NCBI RefSeq assembly: GCF_037042905.1
Contig: NC_087249.1
Location: 40,176,001-40,240,000, forward strand
Direction of reading: 5' to 3'
Origin: Lytechinus pictus
Lineage: Eukaryota
DNA length: 64,000 nt
In this document: piece by piece, positions 1 through 11,600 of the stretch
How the letters are laid out: the number at the start of each line of letters is the position of its first letter
Position numbering within the stretch: position 1 is the stretch's first letter
Notes under the pieces: generated by a model
The model's input: only the letters and a program-made list of their open reading frames with translations
Databases searched by the model: none
Told to the model about the DNA's origin: nothing
Program-made: the position numbers and the translations under genes

Positions 1-450
1 GAAATACATGACAAGAACAAAACAAAGTAACAAAAAATGATAATACAGTAAATAGTGTACGAAACAGGCTTTGAGTGTGGACTGGCATTAAAGATCTGTT
101 GGATCTTAGAAGTTCCAGCCCAGTAAAGAAAGAAAAACAAGGGATACAACCTCTGATGCTGTTTCTTTGTTTATCAGGGTCTTAATTGCAAAACAATTTG
201 CAATAAAATGTAACTTGATTCTCAAGAAATCATAAGCATGCATTATGAGACTGTAATTGAATACAAGGCCAATATTAAACTTTTTCATGAGTAGCTACCT
301 GAAAGTGATATATGTGATACCTATCCCCTTGTCTATTTTACAGCTAATCTTCATGAAGATTCTTCTAATTAATTCTAAATTCATTTCATATTTGTTTCAA
401 AACATACCTCTTGGAGAAATACCTGCGCCCTGCAGCCCCTTCCCCACCTA

Positions 451-554
451 GCCAGGAGGCTCATAGAGAGTAAAAATCATTCACTTAATAAACGTAAGAG
501 TAAACTATCGTTAGTGAATGATTTTTACTCTCTAGTCTATAGGAGCCTCCTGGC
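451..554. mobile_element. small inverted-repeat (MITE-like) element
   Basis: gccaggaggctc...agagagtaaaaatcattcact and its reverse complement agtgaatgatttttactctct...gagcctcctggc around a ~23-bp spacer. Confidence 0.55.
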
Positions 555-600
555 CTGCCTATCCAGGATCCTTGCCCCCATCCTATAGTGATGCAGTTAC

Positions 601-2079
601 CTTCATTTTCAAGAGGACATGTTTCTTGTAAATCTTCTTGAATTTCTTCAGTTTCGAGATCTTGTACTTCAGTTTCGCTAGAATTTTGATCCTGATCCTG
701 CTTTTCAGAACCTGTCAACTTTTGACGTTTGGAGGGTTGACTTGCCAAATCCTGATCCTGTAACATTAAAATTGAAAAGAATACAAGATTTGTCATGATT
801 TATCATTTGATTCACAATAGAGCAAGCAAAATTGCAAATGACAAGAATTTGGACAGTGAATTAGCATCATAGGCATAGTGACGTACACCTGGTGACGTAA
901 GAAAATTAGCTCAAAGGCAAATTTTATAAACTCGACATCACTACACCATCATTACCTCGGGCGAAGTTCGTGCAGGCTCCACTCCACTTCACTACCGCTA
1001 CACTACGCTCCACCTACCCGAACTTTGGGACGGTGAACTCGATCGGATATTCCGAGTGACGAAGGTGGGATCAAAAACTGGTTTATTGTAAAAATTAAAG
1101 AAAAAAAAAAAAAAATAGAAAGAAAAATAGCTTAATTTCTTACTCTTTACCCTTATTTCACTCCGTGTCCATCCTCCGGTTATCCTCAAAATTTGTGATT
1201 TTGGGCCAGTATCAAATTCCTCACACGTATTATTCACGGCCGATTTCAAAACATTGCATGCAACGAACGTAGAGGGCAGAAAAGCCAGAAACACACATCA
1301 GTGTTGCTATTAGGAAGGTCCACTCGATACGCGCATACAATGTTTTGAAATCGGCCGTGAATAATACATGTGAGGAATTTGATTATGGCCCAGAATCACC
1401 AATTTTGAGGATAACCGGAGGATGGACACGGAGTGAAATAAGGGTGAAGAGTAAGAAATTAAGCTCTTTTTCTTTCTCGTTATATTTTTTTTCTTTAATT
1501 TTTACAATAAACCAGTTTTTGATCCCACCTTTGTCACTTGGAATATCCGATTGAGTTCACCGTCCCGAAGTTCGGGTAGGTGGAGCGTAGTGTGGCGGTA
1601 GTGAAGTGGAGCTTGCACAAACTTCGCCCGAGGTACACCATCATCAGACTATCCACACTGTGCAGACCTGTCCTGACATTTTAAGCAAACCTGAAACCAA
1701 TTTAAAAAAATATATAAATATTCAATGATGAATATTTGACGGAATAAAGCCATATATGTATTTCCACTTCCCCATCATATATGTTCGATATTAGGCCAGG
1801 GCTAGATATATTATTCTGAACCTTCTCCATGTTTTTATTTTCAATTTTTAGTGGGGGGTGCATATGGAACTCTTAGTCTCTTACCAATATGTAACTTATT
1901 GATGTTCATCTTAATTTTTAATCTTAATCGAAATCAAATGTTATCTTTCTTACCGATTCATCATCTTCATTCGTGTCATTTGCATTTGTTTTCCTTCCTG
2001 GATGATTAAATTTCTTGAGATGTTCCTCACTCTTCCTGTAGCATTTTGTCCCATATTTGCAGTCATGATTCGACGCCAT
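601..2079 (-). CDS. 5' coding exons of a PBZ (CCHH poly(ADP-ribose)-binding zinc finger) protein, possibly HPF1-like; gene continues leftwards, 3' part unresolved
   Basis: Exon 2079..1954 reads MASNHDCKYGTKCYRKSEEHLKKFNHPGRKTNANDTNEDDES, then GTAAGA donor; CxYGxxCYRKxxxHxxxFxHP matches the PBZ consensus. Phase-0 exon 757..601 (ttacag|DQDLASQPSKRQKL...ENE|gtaact) is acidic with an NLS-like KRQK. An N-terminal PBZ plus acidic linker is the layout of invertebrate HPF1 (e.g. Drosophila CG1218), but the HPF1 domain is not visible here. Confidence 0.7.
953..1635. mobile_element. non-autonomous foldback/Mutator-like element with ~300-bp inverted arms
   Basis: Arms 953..~1253 and ~1341..1635 are reverse complements (they produce the mirrored ORFs 998..1294- and 1345..1554+); 9-bp direct repeat CACCATCAT at 944-952 and 1636-1644. 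Confidence 0.85.
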
Positions 2080-2604
2080 GTTCTAAAGATAAGCTGTAAA
2101 CTCGTCTTCGATTTCGTTTTAGGTCTACATAGAACCTAGATAAATCTAGATAGTATCAGAGGCTAAAGACAATTGAGTCTAATTTCCTTCTAACATTTTG
2201 CATTTGCATTGCATTTGGTTGATTTCACGTTGTTTACAAGTGTGCGGCGCGCGCAATATTCATACTATAGGAACGTTTGAAGGATTACGTAGTAATCTAA
2301 TTTTACACTGTTCATTATTTATTGATTTCAACCACAAAAAAATAATTACTGGATATTTCGAATACTATAATATTACAATCGAAATGTCTTTTTGTTAAAA
2401 ATATATAAATACAAATGAAGAATACTACCAAAGGACGTGCAAAAACATATCACAAAGTCTTGGAAAAGGTCGCAAGATCTTTATGGTCACCTGATCAAAT
2501 CCCAGATCGAATGACGTCAGAGTTGCTTGGTTTCTGACAACAGTTTATCGAGGATCCGGAAAAAAGGAGTAAATCTTCATCAAATTCTTGTATAGTCACG
2601 CAAC
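2080..2604. promoter_or_regulatory. probable bidirectional promoter between the PBZ gene and the kinesin gene
   Basis: Divergent ATGs are only ~525 bp apart; perfect CRE palindrome TGACGTCA at 2512-2519; local CpG enrichment. Confidence 0.55.
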
Positions 2605-5600
2605 ATGGTTCGTATTTTAATTGGTTTCATGTGAATTTTACACGTTAGTAGATTTAGGATTGTGATAGTAATGAAAGTAGGACTACTGCTTGTTCTGATT
2701 TTTTTAACGTGCATATCGGCCATGGCATTGGCATTGCATTGCCGAATTGCATCGCGATGCGATGTGAACTTAATTAATTGGCATTATACCGTGGCCTGGC
2801 ATTGCATGCAGAGAGCCGAGTGTGAATAATGCTGAGTGAGAGAGGAGGGGTTGACCAGGCGCGGATGGGGGGGGGGGGGGGTGATCACAAAAGTCAAAAT
2901 TGCAACAAATGACAATGTCAAAGAGAGAGAAAGAAGAAAAGAGACTTACTCTCAGAGAAAAAAGAGAAGAATTTCAGAATCAGAGAGTGTTTTACTTAGC
3001 CAATAATAGGGTGTCTGGAGAAAAAAATTATTTTTCTTATTTCAAGAAAATATCACGTTTTCTTTGTGAATTTGAAGAGAAATGACCTTCAGACTGACAG
3101 AAATGTAAAATTTTTGAAAAAAATCCAATTATTGGCTGCAAAAAAGAAGAATGAAATTAGGTAAATTTTCAGCATTTCTCTGCCATAGACTGTGTAGTTA
3201 AGAAATGGACACACACAAATCCAAATTTTTAGCTTCCGAGAGCTGTTATAAATTTATTATTAATGCCAAAAACTTGTCCATAAAGAGTCCAATAGGATTT
3301 TTTATGCTCTATCTGATGGTATGATTTTTATAAAGATTTGGAAACCAGATCACAATGAAAAATTGCGACAAAATGAAAAAAATTGTGCAAAACAGAAATT
3401 TCATTTTCCCATAGAAAACGCATGGAGAAATGGCAATCTCAACACACACAAAAATAAGGGTTTGCAATTTATCTCTAAATCCTTATTTAAAATGATCATA
3501 TAAACTTGTCCTTACTGTCAAAAGAAGCCCCTGAATTTTCTCTTTCCATACATGCCAAACACAAGTTAATAATCAATTCAGATCACATTTTTCTAGTAGC
3601 CTGAACTTCCCCGAAAAAATATGCCATATTTTCCCCTAAATTAGCCTGTTTTATGCTGACACTTTTCAGTGTGGCTTCAGACACCCTACCAATAATGCCA
3701 TGCCATGGTATTACTATAGTAAGCTTGTAACCGATTTTGCAATCGGCAACCGATTCCATTCGATTTCACCACAATCGGCAATCACTTGCCGATCTTCGAT
3801 CATGCCCCTTGAAGGAAAAAAATCGAAAATAAAAAATCGGCGTAGATCTGGTTACAGTGCGTGATCGCTCAGAACATATTTCAAGATTGTTTTTGAGGTG
3901 CTAGCTATTTAGAGGTCGCATTATTCAGGGAGAAAGACGCGGTATTATCTATGGCGATGTTTAAGAGGATAGATATCTTCTCTTCCAACTCATGGTGATA
4001 GCGGATGCCGCCGTGAACTTTGAAAGGTCGTATTACCGACGGAGCTCACTGCGTTACTCTCTTACATCGTTTATGATTATATACATTTTATTTTCAACCT
4101 CGTGGTGATAGCGGATGCCGCCGTGAACTTTGAAAGGTCGTATTACCGACGGAGCTCACTGCGCTACTCTCATACCCCCTTTATAATGATATAAATATTC
4201 TCTTCAACCTCGTGGTGATAGCGGACCCCGCCATAAACTTTTAAAGACTGTACTATTGACGGAGCTTATTGAGTTACTCTCTTACATCGTTTATGATGAT
4301 ATACATTTTATTTTCAACCTCGTGGTGATAGCGGATGCTGCCGTGAACTTTGAAAGGTCGTATTACCGACGGAGCTCATTGTGTTACTCTCTTACATCGT
4401 TTATGATGATATTCATTTTATTTTCAACCTCGTGGTGATAGCGGAAGCCGCCGTGAACTTTGAAAGGTCGTATTACCGACGGAGCTCACTGCGCTACTCT
4501 CTTACCCCCTTTATAATGATATAAATCTTCTCTTCAACCTCGTGGTGATAGCGGACCCCGCCATAAACTTTTAAAGACTGTACTATTGACGGAGCTTATT
4601 GCGTTGCTCTCTTACATCGTTTATGATGATATTCATTTTATTTTCAACCTCGTGGTGATAGCGGAAGCCACCGTGAACTTTGAAAGGTCGTATTACCGAC
4701 GGAGCTCACTGCGCTACTCTCTTACCCCCTTTATAATGATATAGATATTCTCTTCAACCTCGTGGTGATAGCGGACCCCGCCATAAACTTTTAAAGACTG
4801 TACTATTGACGGAGCTTATTGCGTTGCTCTCTTACATCGTTTATGATGATATTCATTTTATTTTCAACCTCGTGGTGATAGCGGAAGCCGCCGTGAACTT
4901 TGAAAGGTCGTATTACCGACGGAGCTCACTGCGCTACTCTCTTACCCCCTTTATAATGATATAAATATTCTCTTCAACCTCGTGGTGATAGCGGACCCCG
5001 CCATAAACTTTTAAAGACTGTACTATTGACGGAGCTTATTGAGTTACTCTCTTACATCGTTTATGATGATATACATTTTATTTTCAACCTCGTGGTGATA
5101 GCGGATGCCGCCGTGAACTTTGAAAGGTCGTATTACCGACGGAGCTCACTGCGCTACTCTCTTACCCCCTTTATGATGATAGACATCTTCTCTTCAACCT
5201 CGTGGTGATAGCGGACCCCGCCGTGAACTTCAAATTGATTTGAAAACGCTAGCTACCCAAAACATTTTAATAACATATTTCAAATCATCGTGCGTGCTTG
5301 CGTCTTTTACTTCATTTTAATTGCACTTGCGACTTTAAGATGATGCGTCGTAAGAGATCATTCCAATAATTCTAAATCGCTAGCACCTAAAAATACTTCT
5401 AAAAGATGTCCCGCCGATCGTTCATTAACCTGTGATCTATGAGAAATATTTTCATTTTATTTTCCTTTGCGCCTTTGCTCGGAAGATGCGTCTTTCGTTT
5501 ATCTTTCTAATAACAATCACTCGGTTTATTTTAAAGCAATAACACCTCAAAACCCCTGGCTTTAAAACATGTTCCAAACGATCGCGCATGTTGGCGACTT

Positions 5601-8600
5601 CCATTCCAATGCATTCGTCTTTGTGACTTTGTCAGGAAGATGCGCGCGACCGCGAAACACATTTTGATGTATTCCTTTGTTTTTAAACATCGCCGATTCG
5701 ATTTTCGATTCGATTTCGATTTTAGAAGCTTAACTGCCGATCCGATTTTCGATCTGATTTTTGATCCGATTTACAACATTATACTATAGTATAGTAGGCC
5801 TACCCCCTTTACCTTTAGTAAACTTCAACATGTTCAAGGCCTTCTTTTGGGGGGGGGGGTCTTGTCAAGTACGATCCGAGGCCCTGCTTGGGACAATTTC
5901 CATAAGACAACTTCCATGATTGTCATAACTGGTCATTATCGTGAAATTGGGAACCACCGTTCACTTTGTACAGTAGCGCTTTATTCATTCACACGCACGG
6001 TTCCCTATTTTCACCTCCATTCACAGGCGCGCATGCGTATATAAATCGACAAGTGGTTCCTGAAACCACGATTTGGCCCATTACTGTCACCATGCTCATA
6101 ATAGATGTCTGTAGATGTGTATTCATGATCATGGTATCCCTCTGACTTTTTCAATATTTTTTCAGGTCAAGATATAAAAAATAATTGACTGTGTTGTAAT
6201 TTGGTGACTAGAATATATAAATTGTATCATTGTAAGTTCTAAAGCAGGCTGGGGAAGGAAAGGAAGGGGAAAAAAGACAGTTGAAGAGAAAGAAAACAAA
6301 ATTTAAAGGAGAAATATTGAGAAGAAGAAATGAATCGGGTTATTAAAAAGAAATAAGAAAAGTATAATTATTTGTAAGAAGAAAAGAAGATGGAAGTTGG
6401 GGGGTAGGGATGATATGATTGTAAAGAAGGAGAAAGAAGGATATTAAAGTAAGGAAATCTTCTGAGTTGATCAATGCTTTGAATTCATTAAATGAAAATC
6501 ATAACAAATGTTGATTTTAATTGCAATTACATTCCATTTCTTTTGATTGTGAAATAAATTTCTGATTATAGAAAGTAAATCAGAATGATTCAATGTGCAA
6601 TACAAGTAAAACCACTTTACATCATTGCATTAAAAAATTAGATTAAAAAACTATAATAATTACTTTACTCTGTCACCTGTCTTTCTGAGAAGCTTACTTT
6701 GCAAGTACTCCAAAAATATTTGTAGAACAATTGACATCAATGGCATGATTAGAAAAATTGAGATTCACAGTGAATATGGGCAGGGTCATTGTCGCCATGA
6801 CCATTGTATTTATTTGTCAAATTTCTGTGTGAGCTCTATATATCGCAAATACGGATGAAGCGGTGGGTTCGGGGGATACATGTGCTCGGCTGCGCGACCT
6901 GCCGAGCATCTCTAATTCAAATATTACCTTATAATTAATTCAATTTAGAGTCCACAAAGAATGAAAGTTTGTATTAATGTAAGAAGATTGATAGAAAAAT
7001 TTAGAAATGTAGCTATATGGAGCAAGATATTAAATGAAATATGAAAACCACCACCACCATCATCATCATCATCTGATTCAGAAAAATAACATAACTTATA
7101 AAGTTGTGAACAGTATTCAGATGGACTTCTGATGATTAATTGACATTAAATCTGCAGTTAAGTTGTTTTAATGAAAACTCGAAATGTTATTGTTAATTAT
7201 TTAGTAGCTTGAGATTTCAGGGAATTGTTAGTGGTTTTGATATGTTTTCACTTCTAATTTGTTCTATTGAAATGAATTAAAAGGTTTACTTAGTAATCAC
7301 TGTATATATGTAACTATTTTCTTCTTTTTTCTAATTAAGTATTTTAAGCATGAATATCACTTGTAAGTTGTAACATGTATTATAGTTTTGGGAGTTGGCA
7401 AGCAATATTTAGTAAACAGGTTTATTATTCGTATATTGAGTGATTATCTGCAGTCAGATGCTCACTTTGCCAAACCTTTTAACTTCTCTTCCCTTGTTGT
7501 TTTTAAGAAGAGTGGGAAGATTAAGATCCAAACTTGACAATTTTTAACTGCTTTGCAATGCTTTAATTTTAGCCTGACTCAAAGGCTGCAGAGAAGGTAG
7601 CGGTGAAAGTGGTGGCACGATGTCGACCTTTCACAGATATCGAGAAAGAGAAAGGTGCTTCAAGAATTGTCAAGATGTCTGGAGACAAGACTACATTGCA
7701 GAATCCACAACAGGGCGGCACTGGAAAGGTTTGTTCAGTCTATTATTCAAGTGATGAATTTGTCATTTTCTATCTTCCATTGCAATAAGTGTATATTCAA
7801 TTGTTTTTCTTTTGTAGCAAGATGTTTATATAAGGGGGACAAGGAACTTTCTATAATTTCTTGTTTTTACCCATTTGTTAAACAAAATTTTGATGTACAC
7901 CTTTAAAAACCTTATAATTGCACCAAACTGATATATATCATGAATTTAAATTTCATCATGTTTTTCATTGTATTGTGTCATATCCTTTACTTGACTAAGA
8001 TTTCAACAGATGAAAGATTGTAATGTGTATATTTACCATGCATCCTCCCTTAGTTTGATATTTTAGTGATGACACTAATGTAGAATGATATAACACACTA
8101 TTTATTAATTTTGTGTTTTTTCTGTTCATTATTACTATATTTAGGAAGCTGTATTTGCTTTTGATGCCAGCTACTTCTGGGATACAAGAACAGTAAGTAT
8201 TTATTTCATAAAATTCTTTCTCATTTGCTTTGTACATACATCAACCAGGGCTCCATTACTCAAAGAGTTGCAATTGATCCAATCAAACTATGGAAATCCA
8301 TCAGTGTAATGATTCTTATAGGAAATATACAGTATGCATTCCTTTAGAAACGAGGAAAGACTCATTTATTTGTTAAGAAAAATGATGACAGATGTATCAT
8401 AAGAGAAAATAGTCATAGGGTGTGGTCTTTATAGACAATCTTTGGTTGCTAAAGTTTGTGGGGTCTTATTTAAGCTGTTTATAGGTCGCAAAAATGCCAT
8501 TTTTGGAATACTGGAGCTATTTTTTTCCTTGCTATTCCACACTCATTACTTTTTACATTAAAAAAAAAATCATTATTATTATTATTATCATTATTATTAC

Positions 8601-11600
8601 TATTATTATTATTAATATTGACTATATTATTATAATTATTATTATTGTTATTATTATTGTTATCATTATTATTATTATTATTGTTATTATTGTTTGCTGC
8701 AGAGTTTGGTATACAAAGAGCAATGTGAACCCTTATTGAAGAGAGCAATGGAGGGCTATAACGTCACTATCATTGCGTTTGGACCTACAAACAGCGGCAA
8801 GACCCATCTCATGTCTGGGCCTATGGAGGATCCAGGTCTTGTTCCAATGGTAAGAACAGTCTTTATTTTTCCAATCTACTTGCATCTACAGTGTGTCCCA
8901 GAAAAATGAAACCAAAACAGTTTTTCAGCTGTCTTTTTTCAGTCTACTTGAAATTTACCATTTTTGTTATGTTAACACTTTAAAGTACAATACTTTCTTT
9001 TGTGATTCCTGACAAAACAAAAAGCATCTTGATCATATCATATAAAAAAAAAATAGAAGAAACGCCATGGGTTAATAAGGCACAACTTAATATAAAAGAA
9101 GTAAATAAACTAAGCAACTTTGAGGTTACGTGTAACTGTCTTTAATAACCATGGCCAAGAGACCAACACAAGGTGGCGCGCTTACACTTTGTGATTGCAA
9201 CATCGAATCATCAGTATAATACGATAACAACACACTGGCGTGACTGCCTTTTACTTTTCCCATCTTTTTACAATAAAAACTGTATGACAAAATCATGATG
9301 ATCCGTAATTAAATCACTATTACATAAAAAGGGTTAGACCTTCACTGGTGTAAGACTCTGATAAATCTAGTCACCAATGTATCATAACAAGTTGAATACT
9401 AAACAGGCATACCACAACAAAGGTCACAATTTAAAAAAAAACATCAAATGGCAGCACCACTTCTCATCTCTCTCCATCATATAAATTGACGAAAAACATA
9501 GGTGGGCTTACAAACGGATTGACAGCAAATCATTATCCCCGTCTAGACAGCGGATTGCAAAAATTGGACCCAAAACTACGCCAAAACACAAGGCTCAATT
9601 AAGGCTGTGCACTAATAGCCAATTCTCGACACAAATTAAACAAGCATAAACCTGCATTAAAAAGGAAAACATGCATATTGGCAAATAAAACAAAAAGCAA
9701 TACAATGACCTCAGTGCAAAGTTTCCACATAGCAAATAGATTAAATGCACAGTTGAACGGTGTCACCCTAAATAGCAAAAACATCTGTGTATGATAAAAA
9801 AGGATGGCACAAAAAAACAGGACAAAAATTACTGAATTATGAGCAGTCTCATACCATCTCAATGAGATAAGAAAATACTTGCAAAAACGGAAATGGATCA
9901 AATAGAGGAAACAGCCACTTACCCACAACGTATGACTGTTTAACTACATAAAACTGACACAAGGAACTGAGTAACATTACTAGGTATAATGCATGATACA
10001 CACAAGTTATACAACGTCTGAAAACAAGGCATATAAATCATTATTCAGAACAAAAGTATACTAACTAATATCAAAACAACACAAATCATCTTCTCAAATA
10101 TCACTGTAGGCACACATTAAAGAATCAGCAAATCATCACCTGTCCAGTATAACGTCATAAAAATACACATCCACAAAATCAACAACACTAATAACTGGCA
10201 GAATCACTCACCCAAAGCACATCACAAATTACATCATGAAACTGTTTATTGTGATCAATCAAAATAACATACTATACTGTATACAAAAAATCATTGAACC
10301 CCAAAATACCTGCAAATAATTATAATAAAATATCCTGACAGAAAATTACAAGTCATAAAATTTACATGGCACTCCTAACCTTCCTGATTGAACAGAAATA
10401 TACCTGCAAATAAACATAACACAAAAGTACATATAAAACCAAGTAAGCATGCTGTCCATATCGGCTAACAACATCAAGTGATGAAATGTATAAAAGTCCT
10501 GATAGAATGTTCTTAATAATCACATAATATGGCCAGTCCAATTATAAAAGCACAGTGTCCAAGCTCACGAAAGATGTAGAGTAATCACTGTCCATGGAAA
10601 GAAGGTATGTCTACGTAATCATAGGTCTTGAAAGCAAGGCGAGCGAACACTGTATCAAACAATAAATGTCTCTGGAGCGTTGATAGGCGAGAATCATGAA
10701 GAAAAGTCCTAGGTAGGGACCAACATCATACGGTCTATGAAACTTTACCACTGGGATAGACAGACCAGCAGGACCATACCCTGGAGTAGCATGGGGCCGG
10801 TCTGGCGGACGAGTGTGAAGACATCCTTGAGGGTTGGACAGATCAGCAGGACAATGCCCTGGTATAGCATGGGGCTGATCTGGAGGACGACAATGATGAA
10901 CACCTTCAAGGACAGACAGATCAGCAGGACCAAGCTCTAGGGTAGCAAGGGGCTGATTTGGAGGGCGAGTACGAGGAGCGACACCAGTCCGGATTGAATG
11001 AACATGGCTATTAGAGACTGGGATGCTAGGTGAGTGCTTACATTCGGTAGGATACGATGCTGGCGGGATGAACGACTTACAGCTCTGCGGGATCAACCCG
11101 TTCACGAAACATTGTACCCGCGCCGGACGGATAACTTGCGTAGTAGAGCTACTGCTGCTGACGTTAGCCTGGCACGGAGGCATAGCGGTTACCCCGGTGT
11201 TTGCTCTGTGGCGGTTACTCGCGTTGAAGGGTAACACCGAATCGGCCGATGGTGTAACGGACACAGTATCAACACTACTAGAAGTGTCAAACATGTGATC
11301 AAGAGGCAGTACGGTACCTCCACGGTCAACGACAAGGTTGCTACCTATGCAGCGATCCAGTAGCATATCGAGTGATATGTTAGGCAAAACTGTCTCATCA
11401 GGCAAAGTCATGTTAGGGAAAATTGTCACATCCGGCAACGTCAAGGTAGGCGAAACTGTCACATCAGGCAAAGACAAGTTAGGCAAAACTGTTACATCAG
11501 GCAAAGTCATGTTAGGTGAAATTGTCACATCTGACAAAAAGCAAGGACCATGGTTCTGACTAGGATCCAAATCAAGGGACTCTGTAAAACTGCAGGTCAC

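Noticed and set aside
270-447. Possible further exons of the PBZ gene (447..408 and from 298)
   Set aside because: Splice-like signals exist but lead to near-immediate stops, and one acceptor abuts a MITE; cannot be supported without transcripts.
998-1554. Two similar ORFs on opposite strands
   Set aside because: Mirror images created by the foldback element's inverted arms.
2522-2541. Possible RFX X-box (GTTGCTTGGTTTC) suggesting ciliary regulation of the kinesin
   Set aside because: Only one half-site matches the consensus; too weak to call.
3975-5231. Regularly spaced repeats suggesting a CRISPR array; duplicate 60-aa ORFs at 4256 and 5026
   Set aside because: The whole 110-bp unit repeats with no unique spacers, the context is eukaryotic and there are no cas genes; the ORFs are by-products of the array.
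8479-8748. Poly-Asn / poly-Ile ORFs
   Set aside because: Translations of an (ATT)n microsatellite.
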